Source: Moniliella sp. 'wahieum' (lineage: Eukaryota). From it: a stretch of 64,000 nt of DNA. The position numbers were made by a program, and so were the translations under genes. This document shows positions 25,201 to 38,198 of this stretch, piece by piece (positions within the stretch are counted from its first letter, which is position 1; every line of letters begins with the position of its first letter). The stretch is taken from NCBI GenBank assembly GCA_003971905.1, contig RSEE01000168.1, positions 1 through 64,000 on the forward strand, read 5' to 3'. The notes below the pieces were generated by a model. That model was not told the origin of the DNA. It worked only from the letters and a program-made list of their open reading frames with translations, and did not search any database.

Positions 25201-25521
25201 GCAGGACAGGCGGACAACAAGCTGTATGTGCAACAGTATACGGCCACCATGCTGCACAATGCGTTCCCCAACATGGACCCGGCCTATGTGGAACAATTTG
25301 TGGTGGAGCTCTTCCTGCGCGCGGGTCAGGTGGCCGCGTACAAGCAAGTCCTGCGTGACTTCCTTATTCTCTCGCGCGAACAGAGCGGGGTGCGGTCGGA
25401 CAATGCGGACCTGTATGTGGACGACAAGGAGGCCCAGGTGGCTGCCGAGATGGCCAAGGCGGGCGAGGTGCCGGGGATGCTCAAGCCGTCCCAGATGAAG
25501 GACGAGGACGAGGAGCTTTGA
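22211..25521 (+). CDS. CRM1: Exportin-1
   Basis: [80 protein letters not shown]-terminal [17 protein letters not shown]; introns at ~22581 and ~22994. Confidence 0.98.
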
Positions 25522-25585
25522 GTGCGCGCTCACTGTGAGCTGTGATCTATGAGCGCTGAGCCTGTCTAGGTTTGGCTTACTGCAT

Positions 25586-28049
25586 TCATGTGCTGGTTCG
25601 TTTGTGAAACAAGTAGTCTCCTAAGTAGCATCCCGCCCCCGATGTTCCAGCAAGAACACAGATGGTGTTTGATAGCGTTGGATGGCAGTAGTTGGTGTAA
25701 GCGCTACGGGGAAGGGGCAGGGGCAGGGGCAGGGGCAGAGGCAGAGGGTGATGGCGACGACGCGGCGGTCTGGGCCAAAGCGACCTCATCTTGCGCATGC
25801 GCCGCACGCCGCGGGCAGCGTACCAGTCCGGGAGGAAGCCCGGCGCATCGAGGGTACCCTGCTCAATGGCGTCCAGATGCTTGATCAAATCGTAGTTGGT
25901 CTCGGCAGGCACCTGACTGTCCTTCCGATAGGCGGGGTGCGCCTGAATAAGTCGCGGATAAACGTGGCGGCGGTTTTGAGCTTGCCGCTGGCGCGGTCCG
26001 AAACGAGAGACAGGTAGCGTTCCAATTCACACCGCGTCTCCACGTCCATTCGTAGCCGGTCAAGGTACGAGCGGACTAGTGGCACCAAGCCGGTAAACTC
26101 GTCCTGTTCCCCGATGTGGTCAGCGCAGGCTCTGGGCGAGGTAGGGACGAGAGCGGGCAGGCAAGGCAGGCGGCGAGAGGGGAGGGGAAGGGGGGGGGGG
26201 GTAGACGTACAGTACCATTGATCAACTCGTTGAGGGTAAACTCGGCATCTTCGTCTTCCGGCGCTGGTTCTGCATCGGGGGAGGTGGAATGTGAGTCGGG
26301 GCGGGAGGCAAAGGCCGAGCGGGCAAACGAAGGTGGGTCCGAGGCCAATTCCTTCTCCTTGCCCTGAGCACGAGCATGCAAGTTGAGCAGCGCGTCTTTG
26401 CGGTACCCTGTCTTGCTACTGGAGCTTACCGTGGTGGCTGGCGTGGGTGGGGTGCTGGTGCGCTCCTGCTCGGCCGTCAGGGCCTCGCTAAGAGCGCGCG
26501 GGTTGGGCCCAGCGGACGCCTTGGACAGAGGCGCAGCGGGTGCCGCGACAGATCTTTCCGGAAAAAAGAAGCGCTGCATGTGAATCGCATCGCGTTGCTG
26601 GGCACGCTGCATGTCACGTCCACCTTGGACAAGGCATGTAGAAGTTCAGTCCGAAACTCAGGATGGCGCGGGTGAGAAGACGACAAAGATGCTAAAGGCC
26701 GCATTCTCAAAGTCGGTGATTTGTACTTCCATCGACCGTACCTCAACCCGCCATCCAATCTTGCCACCCAGCGGAGGCGGCTTGAAGCGGAGGGTCTGCC
26801 AGTTGGTAGATTGAATGTTCTCAAAGTGATCCAGGCTCTGCCGGTCGTCGAGGTCAACCATCTCGGAGAAGATGACAAGCGGGTCGCGGATAAAGAGGTG
26901 AGCAAAGTGCCGCGCCAAGCGATCGTCCAGACCATGTTCCTTTAACCGTGCCAGCACACCCTCGTCAACGGGAAGGGGATTGTCATTGTAGTACGCCTTG
27001 TTGGCCGCATCGGTAGAGAGGTAGGAATCGACCGAGTCGTATCGGCTCTTGTTCATGTGCATCCGTCCTTTTCCCTTGGTGAGTGGCTTCAGTCCTTTCT
27101 CCTCGTCTGTCCGGTCGTCAACAGCGGCCGAAATAACGTTCCAACGGCATCAACATTGGCGAGCCAACCGCGGTACACGGGACTGGCCGCCGAGAGAGCA
27201 AGAAGGAGAGGGGTAACAGGAATCATTTGGTCATAGATGGTGCGCGCCTCCTTGACGGAGCTGCTTGAAACGTAGCCTGGAGACAGCAGCAGCCCATGCC
27301 AAAGCCCATGGCGTCCATGTAAATGTGATCGGGCAGGCGGCGCCTTCAAACGCCTCGTTGTCTCCGGGGAAGAGAGAACGATGGGGGATGGTGGGGTCGT
27401 GGAACGGCCGGGGCGTGTTCACGTCGTGGAAGATGGGCACATTGATGGCGACCTTTTTGCCGCGGCGCTTGCGGATGTTGGCCGTCAAGGTGGGGAAGCG
27501 CACATGCTGGTTGATAACCTGGTCAGGCAAGACAGACTTTGACTTGCGGGGCCATCGGGCGCATGGTCAGGATCGATAAAGGGCCTGCCAGGGCGCGGCG
27601 CTCCGAGCATCGGGTAACTTGTCACGGTCAGCGGAAGTTCATTGGGCCGCAGATGGGCACGGATAATGAGACGGCGCAGCGCATGTCGGGTTCGACCTGG
27701 CGCAGCGCTTGGGGACTCGCACCAAATGGCTGTCCGGGGGTGGTCTCCAGCATGAAGCGGCCATACTCGGGGTGGAAGAGCGGGTAGGTGGCGCTGCGAC
27801 CCTCGGCGGCGGCCTCAAGCTCGAGCAGGATCTCTCCCTGGCGCAAACTCAGCGGCGCATTGCGCGCAGCATCGTCGAGGGCACCACGACGTACTCGAGC
27901 TCGTCGCCCCAGAGCATGTGGTCGCCCTGGCGGTCTTTGACGGCGTCCCAGAGATAGAGGAACTCGGTGATGCCGTGGGTGCGGACATGCTCGGCGAGCT
28001 TCTGGGAGTCGGGCCAGTCGAGGGGCGTGCCGAGTGAGAGGAGACCCAT
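25586..28049 (-). CDS. GSH1: Glutamate-cysteine ligase catalytic subunit
   Basis: [101 protein letters not shown]. The true stop may be at 25704. Confidence 0.96.
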
Positions 28050-28822
28050 GGGGGACGAACGGTGGGGGGGGACGGGTGGGACGGAACGGCAGCGATGGCG
28101 AGGAGAGAGAGAGGAGAGCGGCGAGAGGAGAATGCGAGGCACGCCCGATAAAGGAGAGGCAGGCAGAAGAAACCAGCTGGGCAGCACCGGGGTTAAAGCG
28201 GTTAAATCCGGCTGTCAGCACGCTATCGACGGCCGCCCGTTCGACCGGAGGATGCGTTCGCCATCGTCATCGATCGTCGATCATCGACCGTCAATTATCA
28301 ATCACCCACCACCGCGTCATTTAAACTGGGGCGTTATATAGAGCCGCGGCTCCTCTCCACCGCCTGCTGAGCGAAACTCCCCTCGCCTCAGCGCCCCCCC
28401 GCGGTCCCATGCTCGGGGCGTAGCAAGGTGGGAGTGGCACCACTGGTGTACCCTCGGGCTGACTCCGATGCCTGCCTGCCACGCAACGCTGCTCCCAGAT
28501 CTCATCCTCAGCCAGTAGCTGCCATCCTGGTCTCTGACATTGGGAGGTCTGCTCCCCAGCTGGGGCCGTGCTTGGGCAGCCATAAGGCCTAGACCAAAGG
28601 TCTAGGACCCGACGCCGCCCTCAGACTCACCTTCTCTGTCGATACTCCAAAACAAGTCCCCACTCCGCCCCGCTTGGTACCTCTCGGGACAATCTAGCAT
28701 GAGCCTCTCCCTCCTCACACAAAGGAACAGAGAAAAAAGATGCATACAGCACAGCACACAGGCCAGCGCAAAAAAGCTAGCAGCTTAAAGCACGCTGGCC
28801 TCCCTTAAGGCCGAACTCCCAA

Positions 28823-30227
28823 TCATGCCGATGGCCAGGCGCCCGCTGCGTATTCAGCAACACCCATACAACGAAGCTCACTCCGCCAGGCAAGGGGAGC
28901 TTGTGGGGCGAGTCGTGCGGAAAGGGGGAGTGGGCCGACGGGCCTGGCGAACGCGACGCTTGTCGCCCTGCGCGTTCGAGGGCACGGCGGGCTGGAGGTG
29001 GGTCGAGTGCTTCGCCGGCCATGGCGAACGAGACGGGGGACTTCGTTACTGGTTCGGGGGGCAGGACCACTTGACTCGGCGCCGGACCAGGGGGCATCCA
29101 CTGGTGCTTCCGATCCGCGACGCGCCCACACATTGACAAAGAGCAGCCGTTTTAGTCGACGATTGTAGAAAAAGGCATACGTAGTCCACAGCACCCCACC
29201 ACCAGACGAGTCCAACACACTCTCGCGGCGCCACATCGTCCTCATCCTCGCCTCGTCCGAACACGCCTCGGAGGGGGGGATTCCAGGGGAAATCCACCTG
29301 CGTAATCTTCATCAAAAAGCAGATCGCCATCCGAGGGCTTGCGATGGTGGCGTTGGTGAATCGGCACAATGGGGACCGGCTGGGCCTCCTGAGCCCACTC
29401 GTCCGGCTCGGAGCCCAGGTCGTCGTACTCACTCCCGACGCCCATTGGCGCAGGCTCCATCTCGTCCGTGTCAATCTCGCCCGTGGCATGAGGATCCGCC
29501 TCGAGCGAGGGATGGAAGGTGAACACCTCACAGTCGTTCACGTCCATAATGTCGTTCACGACAGAGGCTAGCTGCGGGCCCGGGCTAAGCGAGGAAGGGA
29601 AGAGGGGTTGGTGGGGCTGGATGGGCTTCCGAAGAGCGAGGGCAGGGCGCCGGGCAACGCCGAGAAGGAACGCGGGGTGCCCGAAACGGAGGACAGATGC
29701 CGCAGGGTGGTGCTCAGGCTGGACAGAACTCCATGGACTGGCTTCGGCGCGAAAATCAGCCGGGTTGACCGTGCTAAAATCGTGATCGGGGAAGGCAAGA
29801 TTGAGAGCGGTGATGAGGGTGAACAGGGCCTTGCGCGCCTGGGGGTCGGTGAGCGAACCAAAGGCAGAGTCGAGACTGTCGTCGTCCAGGCGCTCGGGCA
29901 GAGAAAGAGAAAGAGACAAGGAACGCGGATGGGCGGGAGAGAGGGAGGGGGAAGGGGAATAGGAATGGCGGAGAGGGCTGGCTCTGGTCACATGCTGAGG
30001 GGAGGCGGGTCGCGGCCATCGGCAGAGCGGGAGAGAAGCAGATGGAGGTCGCGTTGGGCGGCGGCACGGGCAGTGTACTGCTGCTCGAGGGCGCGCAGCA
30101 GACGGCGTTCGCGCGAGATGGCCTTGCACGAGTAGGCCTCGAGACGCGTGAAGATGCGCACGTCGGCCGTCTCGAAGGTCAGCGCACGCGAGAGGAGCTC
30201 GAGCTCGGGATAGTCGAGATACTTCAT
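28823..30227 (-). CDS. MAF1: RNA polymerase III repressor Maf1
   Basis: MKYLDYPEL, RLEAYSCK, LITALNLAFPDHDFS, DCEVFTF, LWTTYAFFYNRRLKRLLF (Maf1 A/B/C boxes). Confidence 0.93.
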
Positions 30228-30802
30228 CGGTGGTGGGGGCGGCAGGAGGGGCGGAGGGGCACCCAGGGGCTGAGCTGTGGCTGCCATGGGGCTATCATAT
30301 CAGCCACTACCCACCCACACCAGCCTGTGCCCGCCTGGCGTGGTGCTGTGCTGACATCAGCGGCGGCCCATCGCCCGATCCCAGCTGGAGCGTGGCCTGC
30401 GCTGGGCCTGCGCAGCTCCCGGCCGTGCGCCAGCCATCCCCGCCGTCCGCTCCCCTGCCGCGCCCCAGCCGCGCCGCTCGTCTGGGATGTCATCTGGGCC
30501 TCGGTCTGGCGGCGCCAGCAGCAGCGCCGAGCCGGCCCAGCCCCTGTCGGCGACGGGCATTGCCTGTGTCGTCCCACTCTGCCCAGTCACCCACGTCCAT
30601 CTCAGCCATCGTCGGCACCACATTCCGCCGTGCGGGGCAACGCAGCGGAAACAGCAGCACTGGCCGCCTTCCCTTGCGTCATTCATATCGTCACCGGCGC
30701 CCGCCGAAGCGAGGCGAATCCAGCCGAAAACATTGCCCACGCCACACACTGCAGACGACGTTGCTGGCGCCCAGCAACACATCCATCCCCCTCTTGCCCA
30801 CC

Positions 30803-31417
30803 ATGTCCTTCGCTCGCACCTGCACCCGCGCCCTCGCCCCCCTCGTGCGTGCCACCGCCACGCGGCATATGCCGCCCATGGCCCGCTGCGCTCCCTCGCT
30901 TCGCCCCTTGCGCCTCCCAGTATCTGGGCCTCCCGCAGCTGCGACTCTCTAGGGGCCAACCCCTCTCCACCTCGCAGCTCAGCGGGACGCTGCGTCGACA
31001 GAAGCGCAAGGCCTGGCGTTTGAACCCAACTCCCACTTACCTTTACTTGCACCGTTCCCGACTGTGGCACGCGCTCGACGCATGAATTTACGCGTCGCTC
31101 CTACGAGAAGGGCATTGTGTTGGTGCAATGCCCGGGGTGTAAGAACCGGTACGTCACTGCTCCTCCATCTGCCTGCTGGTAGCTGCAGCTACTGGGTACT
31201 GACGCCAAATGGAAGGCATTTGATCGCGGATCACCTAGGCTGGTTCAAGGACTCGAACGAGCCACGCACAGTCGAGCAGATGGTCGCCGCTCATGGCGGC
31301 CGCATTCAGAGGGGCACCAAGCACGTGCCTGCAGGCACCAAGGTGAAACGATCGAGATCACCGACGATTCATCCCGACTTGCCCCCCTCGGAGATCCCGC
31401 CACCCAAAAAGGAGTGA
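30803..31417 (+). CDS. ZIM17: Mitochondrial DNL zinc-finger Hsp70 escort protein (Zim17/Tim15/Hep1)
   Basis: Arg/Ala-rich presequence MSFARTCTRALAP; LTFTCTVPDCGTRS...YEKGIVLVQCPGCKNR|HLIADHLGWF across intron 31149-31215. Confidence 0.9.
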
Positions 31418-32573
31418 TGACACCCCCCCCTACCCTCATCGACCTGGTAATCGGGACCCTTGACTCGCTACGCTCATATTGCACCCAGCACCCCTACGCC
31501 CCCCACACCCCCCACACCCCCCACTACTTGGTTTTTACCTGTACTTTTTCTCCCACGAGCATCGACTCCAATTGTAATCCTCTCCCCTATGAAAAAGCTT
31601 CTGCCTTTGGGTAAACTGTGCGCTGTTCCGCTTCGGAGCGAAGCCTTCTGGACATTGCCGGCACGCTCTGAGATGGTTAGATAGAGAGAGCACCTGTTTG
31701 CCGGGGATGCTATCAACGTTGTTCAACATTCAACCGACACACTAGCTCCACCTCGTGGATGTGGTGGTTGGGTCAGGTGGCGAGCGATATGCCCCCTTGC
31801 TCCGCCCGCTTGCCACCAAAAGCATCTTTTCCGAGTCCAAAAAAAGACTCGCCATCAAAGGGTACCGGTCCTGGAGCTCACAGGGGCTACCACCACTGCC
31901 TGCAGGGGCGAGCCTGACATGAGATCTAAGAAGGGACATTGGATCGGGGGAGGCTTCGAGTGTTGTCTGTGCGCCTGCTGCTTGTAGTTGTTCAAGGCTG
32001 GAAGCTGGAAGCTTGGGCACTGCGCTTGCGTAATGACATCTACCTCTTCATAACACAGACCCCTTTTTACTTTACGTAAAATTACACAAGCATGCCACCT
32101 GGCACGTTTCACCCGGCGCGTTCCAGGCGGGCGCAGCCAGGCGGATGCACATGGGTGATAAATTCCGCCCGAGGCGTAGTGGTGAATACTATTCCGCTCT
32201 CTAGCGTGGAACGGTGGACCGGTGGCTACGGTGGCGACGGGGGAGCGGTGGCTAAGGTGGCGAGCAAGCACAAAGCACACCAAGCTGGGGCGAAGCCCCA
32301 GCTGACCGGGCCGTAGGCCCGGTGGTCCTCCTTGTGCATGACACTGGAAACTTGGGCCGGAAACGCACGGACCCGATCATCGACCATGCATCATGCATCA
32401 TCCCTCCGACTGGCGGGCTGAATTGCATTCGCATACTGCCCCTGTGCGGGCCAGTGTCGTCCGACACTTTTCCGCCGACCCCTTGCAGAGGGCCAGTCGG
32501 CGGGCAGCCAGGGCGGCACCAGGCGGCACGGCCGTGCGGCCTCGGCCGTTGAGCCGTCCGCAGCAGGAGGCTT

Positions 32574-32579
32574 TATAAG
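32574..32579 (+). promoter_or_regulatory. TATA box of the metallothionein gene
   Basis: TATAAG in GC-rich context, 100 nt upstream of the ATG and followed by a pyrimidine-rich leader. Confidence 0.55.
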
Positions 32580-32673
32580 CAAGGGCCTTGGCCCTCCGCA
32601 CGTTCTGCCCTCCCCCCATCTCCATCCCATCCCCATCCCCCCCACCCCTCACCTAACCTTCCACGCCTTGATC

Positions 32674-32872
32674 ATGTCTGTACGTCCGCCCTCCGTATCC
32701 GGCCCCGCCACCTGGCCTGCTCGGAAGCATGGCGATCGAAGCTGACCGCTGACGGCCTTGGGTTTTGCCACCGCAGTGCCCTTGCGGAACCGCCTCCTCG
32801 TGCACGTGCGGCAGCGCCTCGACGTCCTGCTCGTGCGGCACCACGTGCACCTGCGAAGGATGCAAGAAGTAA
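32674..32872 (+). CDS. Metallothionein, 33 aa: MSCPCGTASSCTCGSASTSCSCGTTCTCEGCKK
   Basis: Exon 1 ATGTCT (32674-32679), intron 32680-32776 (GTACGT...GCTGAC...CAG), exon 2 32777-32872 ending TAA. Nine Cys, mostly in CxC motifs; no aromatic residues. Confidence 0.88.
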
Positions 32873-34766
32873 CTTGGCCCTGTGGCCCTGCGGCTCATGA
32901 GACCACCGTGTTTGGTCTCGGTGGGCGGGTCGGACGCACCCAGGTAGAACCGCCTCGGATTGCCTCGCCCCTGCCACCCCGCTTTACCGATATGAACCGC
33001 GCAATTGATGGTTTTGACTGAGTGTACACGTTCAGGGGGGATCGAGGTTCTTGCCCTGCTCGGGATTGGGAGGCTAGTGTGGGAGCCAGACGGGGTCGTA
33101 GAGGCCGTACATGCACCATGCACATCGTGCCAATGGTGCTCAGCTCCCTCAGGCTTCAGCCGCTCAGCTCAACGTCCACCCGCTCAACTCTGCCCAGATG
33201 GCAGGTCCACCTTGGCATGTGACAAGTGACAGCAGCGTAGCAACTGGGACCAGGGCTCCACTAGGGCGCAGCCTGCGCTGTCGAGTGCGACGCTAGTCAA
33301 GCTAGTCATTAATCATTAGTGGCTCCCGTGTAACATGTAATTCCCTGAAGCAACGGTGATCTCCGTACGCCGTAACCACTCCACGGCCACCAACATCTGT
33401 ATACTGCAACCATATCATTGACGGAGGTCTTGGTGGCATAGGATGCTCGCGTCGTCAAGACTAGGGGGGAAGACGGTTCTTGGGTGCGTCCCTGGTACTT
33501 GGCGTTCTTGTCGCATTCTGCTTGTTCCAGCAGCCGAAGCAGCTTCTTCCCCCGTACGACATTACAAAGGCGTCGCGTGCTCTCATGCCTCGCCTTCCGT
33601 ACGCGGCCTGCGCCTCCTGCGTTGCCGAGTCGTGCAGCGTGTGGTCCACCGGCCGGCAAATGTTGTGGTTAGGATACCCCGTGGTGAGGTGGCAGTGCCG
33701 GTGGCTGAAATCGGGTTTCCGCCCCGCCTCCGACCCAGGCATATAGACGTCTGCGATGGGGCCGGCACGCGGTTGATTGGAAGCGTGTTGCGAGTGGGAC
33801 GCGATGGGCCGGCCTGGGTGCGCCCTGCTTCAGTCAGTGGCCCACACCTATTCCTGCCCAAAACACGTTCCAGCAGGTGGCTGCTGATGTGGCATGCTGC
33901 GCGTCCATGCCGAGAACGAGCGGGTGAGGGTGCTGAGGGTGTGGCTGGCAGAGGGATAGTGAGTGCATGCACTAGTGCCCGACGGGACGGGTGTCTCTCT
34001 GCTCGGTTGCACTCGGTTCCTCAGCTGCTAGTATGCATTCAAGGCGATACAGTCAGATGCCTGTCCGAGGGGCGGGTCAGATCTGACACGAGCTGCATGA
34101 TGCATGATAGCCGTTTGGGAGCTGTTGGGAAGAATGCCATTCCAGGGTCAGCGAAGCAGCACGCACCCCCGGGGTGGTCTGGCGCTTGGCTATGAGAATG
34201 CGAATGGAATGAGAATGATGAATGACGACGCGAGGTGCGCGGGGAGCCAGAGGGCCAAGAGGCGTGTTGGCCGACAGGAACAAGATAGGAAAGGGCTTTG
34301 CAGATGGACGTCCCGGGAGACGAGATGGGGCGAGGGGAAGGGGTTGCCGGTTACCTAAGCACGTGCCGCCACAGGGCTGGTGCGTGGCGGGTGCGGGGCT
34401 GACTAGGGTTGGGGGCGCTGGGCTGGGGCTGGGGTGTGCTGGGAGGGCGGCAGTGGCCAGGAGCGTGTGCGAGGCCAAATTGTGGCGACGCGTGATCCCG
34501 CGCCGGGCAGAGGAGGAGGCAGGCGGAGGCAGGCAGCTCCAGCGCCGAGGCTCGATGCACGAGGGCTGATCGATGATCCAGCGCGGCAGCAGATAGATGG
34601 AGCAGTCGGGCGATCGGGTCGGGGTGCGGCTGTGGTGCGGCAGCAGCAACCGCGGCGGGGGACAGCAGACACGGCCACATCGATCGATCGAGCACACCCA
34701 CCGACCCAACACAGCAGCCTGGCACGCGACGAACCCACCCCCACCACCACCTGTGTTCCCACCGCC

Positions 34767-36623
34767 ATGTGGAGAAGCCCGCCCGCTGTGCCCCCTGCCT
34801 GCTCCGGCCTCTGCCTCCGCATCGGCCTCGGCGTCGACGCCCGCATCGGCATCCGTCCTTTCTGCCCCCTCGGCTTCACACCCGCCTCGCCCGCCCCTGT
34901 CCCTCTGTCCCTGCCGCATCCACAGCTGCCGCGGCAGCCGCCGGGACGAGCGGCCTGCGCAGCCCCGCCGCCGAGGTAGACATGCTGGACGCGCGGGCCC
35001 CGCCCCGGCGCCAGCGCAGCTCCCGCTTCCACCTTGCCACCCCTGACCCGCGCGCACGCCAGCTGGAGCTGCTGCCACGTCTGGCCGAGGTGCCGCCGAA
35101 AGCGGGCGGCGCTGGCGGTGCGCAAGCTCGAGCAGGCCTCGGTCTTGTTTGACTTTACCACGGATGATGACGAGGAGGGCAAGCAGCGCAAGGCGGATAC
35201 GCTGCGAGAGCTGCTCGAGTATCTACCACCCCTCCATGCCCCGATTCCTGATATCATCTACCCTGCCATGACCAACATGTTTGCCACCAACTTGTTCCGC
35301 ACCATCCCTCCGCCTCCTCCCAGCACGCTGCCCCCCGCAGCGGCCGATGTGTTTGAAATGGACGATGACGAAGCTGTGTTGGAGCTTGCCTGGCCGCACC
35401 TGCAACTGGTCTATGAACTCTTCCTCCGCTTTGTCGAGAGTCCCGACTTTGTTACCAGTCTCGGCAAGCGGGATCGACCAAGCGTTTGTGTTGCGGCTGT
35501 TGGAGCTGTTTGATTCGGACGATCCAAGGAACGAGACTCTCAAGACGACGTTGCACCGGATCTACGGCAAGTTTCTCAACTTGCGTTCCTTTATCCGACG
35601 CTCCATCAACCATGTCTTTTTCCAGTTCATCTATGAGACCGAACGACACCACGGGATTGCCGAGCTCCTGGAGATCATGGGCAGCATCATCAATGGCTTT
35701 GCTGTGCCGCTCAAGGAAGAGCACAAGACGTTTCTGGTTAGGGTACTGGTTCCCTTGCACAAGGCGCGTTCGCTCGTGCTCTACCACCCGCAACTGGCCT
35801 ACTGTGTCGTGCAGTTTCTCGAGAAGGATCCGGGCCTGACGCTGCCCGTGGTTCGTGGCTTGCTGCGGTACTGGCCCAAGACCTCCTCGCCGAAGCAGGT
35901 CATGTTCCTCAACGAGCTGGAGGAGATTGTGGATGTGATGGAAGCAAGCGAGTTTGCCCAGGTGCACCGCTGCTCTTCCAGCAATCGCTGCCTGCCTCGA
36001 CTCGGCCCAGTTCCAAGTGGCCGAGCGGCGCTGCTCATCTTTCAAAACGATTACCTGCTCAGCCTCGTTGCCGAGCACATCCACACGGTCCTCCCCGTGT
36101 CTTCCCGCCGCTCTACCGCTCGGCGCGCACGCACTGGAACCGACAGATCCAGCCGCTGGTGCTGCAAGCGCTCAAGACGCTGAGCGATATGAATCCGGGC
36201 TTGTTCCAGATTTGCACCGACGCCTTCACCGAATCGCAAGCTGCGTACGTCTGTTTCTTGTCTGTGTCTGTGTCTGTGTCTGGCTACGAGAACACATGCT
36301 AACTAACTACCCTACCCCACCCCCTTGGCAGCGAACCTTCGGTGCTGGCGGCCAAGGACGAGCAATGGTCGCGCCTGGCCGCGTCGGCGCTGCAGACGAG
36401 CAGCGCACTCAACCCTCGCCCCGCCAGCGTACCTGGTGGCCGACGTGGAGCGGCCGCCAAGGTGGCACACGCACGCCGCGCACAGCGTCTGTCGCCGCCA
36501 GTGCGGCCGCTGGAGGAGGCGATGGAGGTGGAGATGGACCGCTCCTCGCTGCTGGGCGGGGCGGTGGACCGGGACCCCGACGATGGCCGAGATGTCCTTC
36601 TCGCCCCGAGCAACGAGCCCTGA
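34767..36623 (+). CDS. PP2A regulatory subunit B' (B56 family, Rts1/Par1-like)
   Basis: [93 protein letters not shown]. Start approximate. Confidence 0.95.
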
Positions 36624-36980
36624 GAGAGGCCGCGAGGGCGAGGCGAGGCGCGGGCGAGCAGCGGGCAGGGCAGGACTAGATGCTCTCTGCGGCTTGTACA
36701 GTACACATGCATGTAAGCACACGCATGCCCCCATGCATCCCCACTCCATCCGCTTGTGACTCGGCCCGGCTGGCGGCGGCCGCCGCCCTGCCCCGTCCCA
36801 GCATGGCACGCGCCACGCACCCGCTCACGTCAGCACTCCGCCCCGGCGCCGCAGTAGGGTTGCGCGCGGTGCATTGCTGCCGTACGTAAGCCCCCGCCCG
36901 CGCAGCGCACGGCCACATGCGCTGCTGCGCTCGCCGCTGCTGCCCCTCCATCGCCCGCCGTAGCCCTCGCCGCCGCCGCC

Positions 36981-38198
36981 ATGATCCTCCTCCCGCCCGA
37001 GAACGCCATCATCCAGCATGTGCTGACCCAGCGCTTCGCGGTCCCCGGCGCGGTGGACCAGACCTTCAGCGACTTTGACGGCGTTGCGTACCACGTCGAA
37101 GCGCCCAAGGCCGGCCCCCTGACCCTGTCCATGGACATTCGCTGCTGGCCCCAGCTCGTGGCCCAGGGCGCAGACCAAGTGCTGGCGCGCGAGTATGGCG
37201 CCTACCTCCTGCCTGCCTCGGAGGTGGAACAGGGCTACTCGGTCTCGCTGCGGTTCGACTATGCCGATCTGCCTGAGGGCGAGGCGCGCGCGGCGCTGAT
37301 CCAGTCGGTGGCCTTGCTCAAGCGCAATGCGATGGCTGCGCCGTTTGAAGCGGCCTTTGCTGCGCACAAGGCACTCGCCGAGCAGTCCAAAGTCGTTGAG
37401 GGTGCCCATTCGGCCAGCCGCGGCGGAGCAAGCGACACGCTCGTCATCCCCTACCGGGAGGACGAGACGATCTACATCCTCCCCTCGGCAGACCGGGTGA
37501 CGGTGGTGTTCAGCACCGAGTTCAAGGACGAGACGGACAAAGTGTTTGGCCGCCTCTTCCTCCAGGTACGTGGTTTTGTTTTCTTGTCTGCCTCCCGCGG
37601 CGCCAGTTGCCAGGCAGGCACCAGCCACCAGCCACCAGCCACCAGCCACCAGCCACCAGCCTAGCCCCCGCTCACTGTTATCTTGTCCTAGGAATTTGTC
37701 GATGCGCGTCGTCGACCGCAGATCCAATCGGCGCCGCAGGTGCTGTATTCCAACAAGGAACCTCCGCTCGAGATCCGGCACTTGCCCAACCTGGTGCAGG
37801 GAGACAACATTGGCTATGTCACCTTTGTCCTCTTCCCACGCCACTTCCAAACGCCCGAATTGGCCTATGCGACAGTCAGCACCATCCAGCTCTTCCGCGA
37901 TTACCTCCACTACCACAGTACGTTTCTTCTTCTTCTTCTTCTTCTTCTTTCCTCTCTAGCATGGTGTGGCGTGGTGTACCCCCGAGACCAGACCCGACCA
38001 GACCAGACCAGAGGCAAGACCAGACAAGACAGGATACTAACATCTCCCGGTGTGCCAGTCAAATGTTCCAAGGCGTACATGCAGTCGCGGATGCGACACC
38101 GTGTTTCGGAGTTTACCAAGGTGCTCAACCGAGCCAAGCCAGAGCAGGCCGACAAGGAACGCAAAACTGCGTCGGGGCGGACGTTCAAGGCGCGCTAA
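36981..38198 (+). CDS. ARC35: Arp2/3 complex subunit 2 (p34-Arc)
   Basis: [54 protein letters not shown]. Introns 37566-37691 and 37918-38058 splice in frame. Confidence 0.96.
37620..37661. repeat. (GCCACCA)n heptamer repeat in ARPC2 intron 1
   Basis: About 6 tandem units read directly. Confidence 0.9.

Noticed and set aside
33443..34195. Possible small secreted protein (MGASLVLGVLVAFCLF...)
   Set aside because: Non-ATG start in the ORF track, no recognisable motif or intron support.
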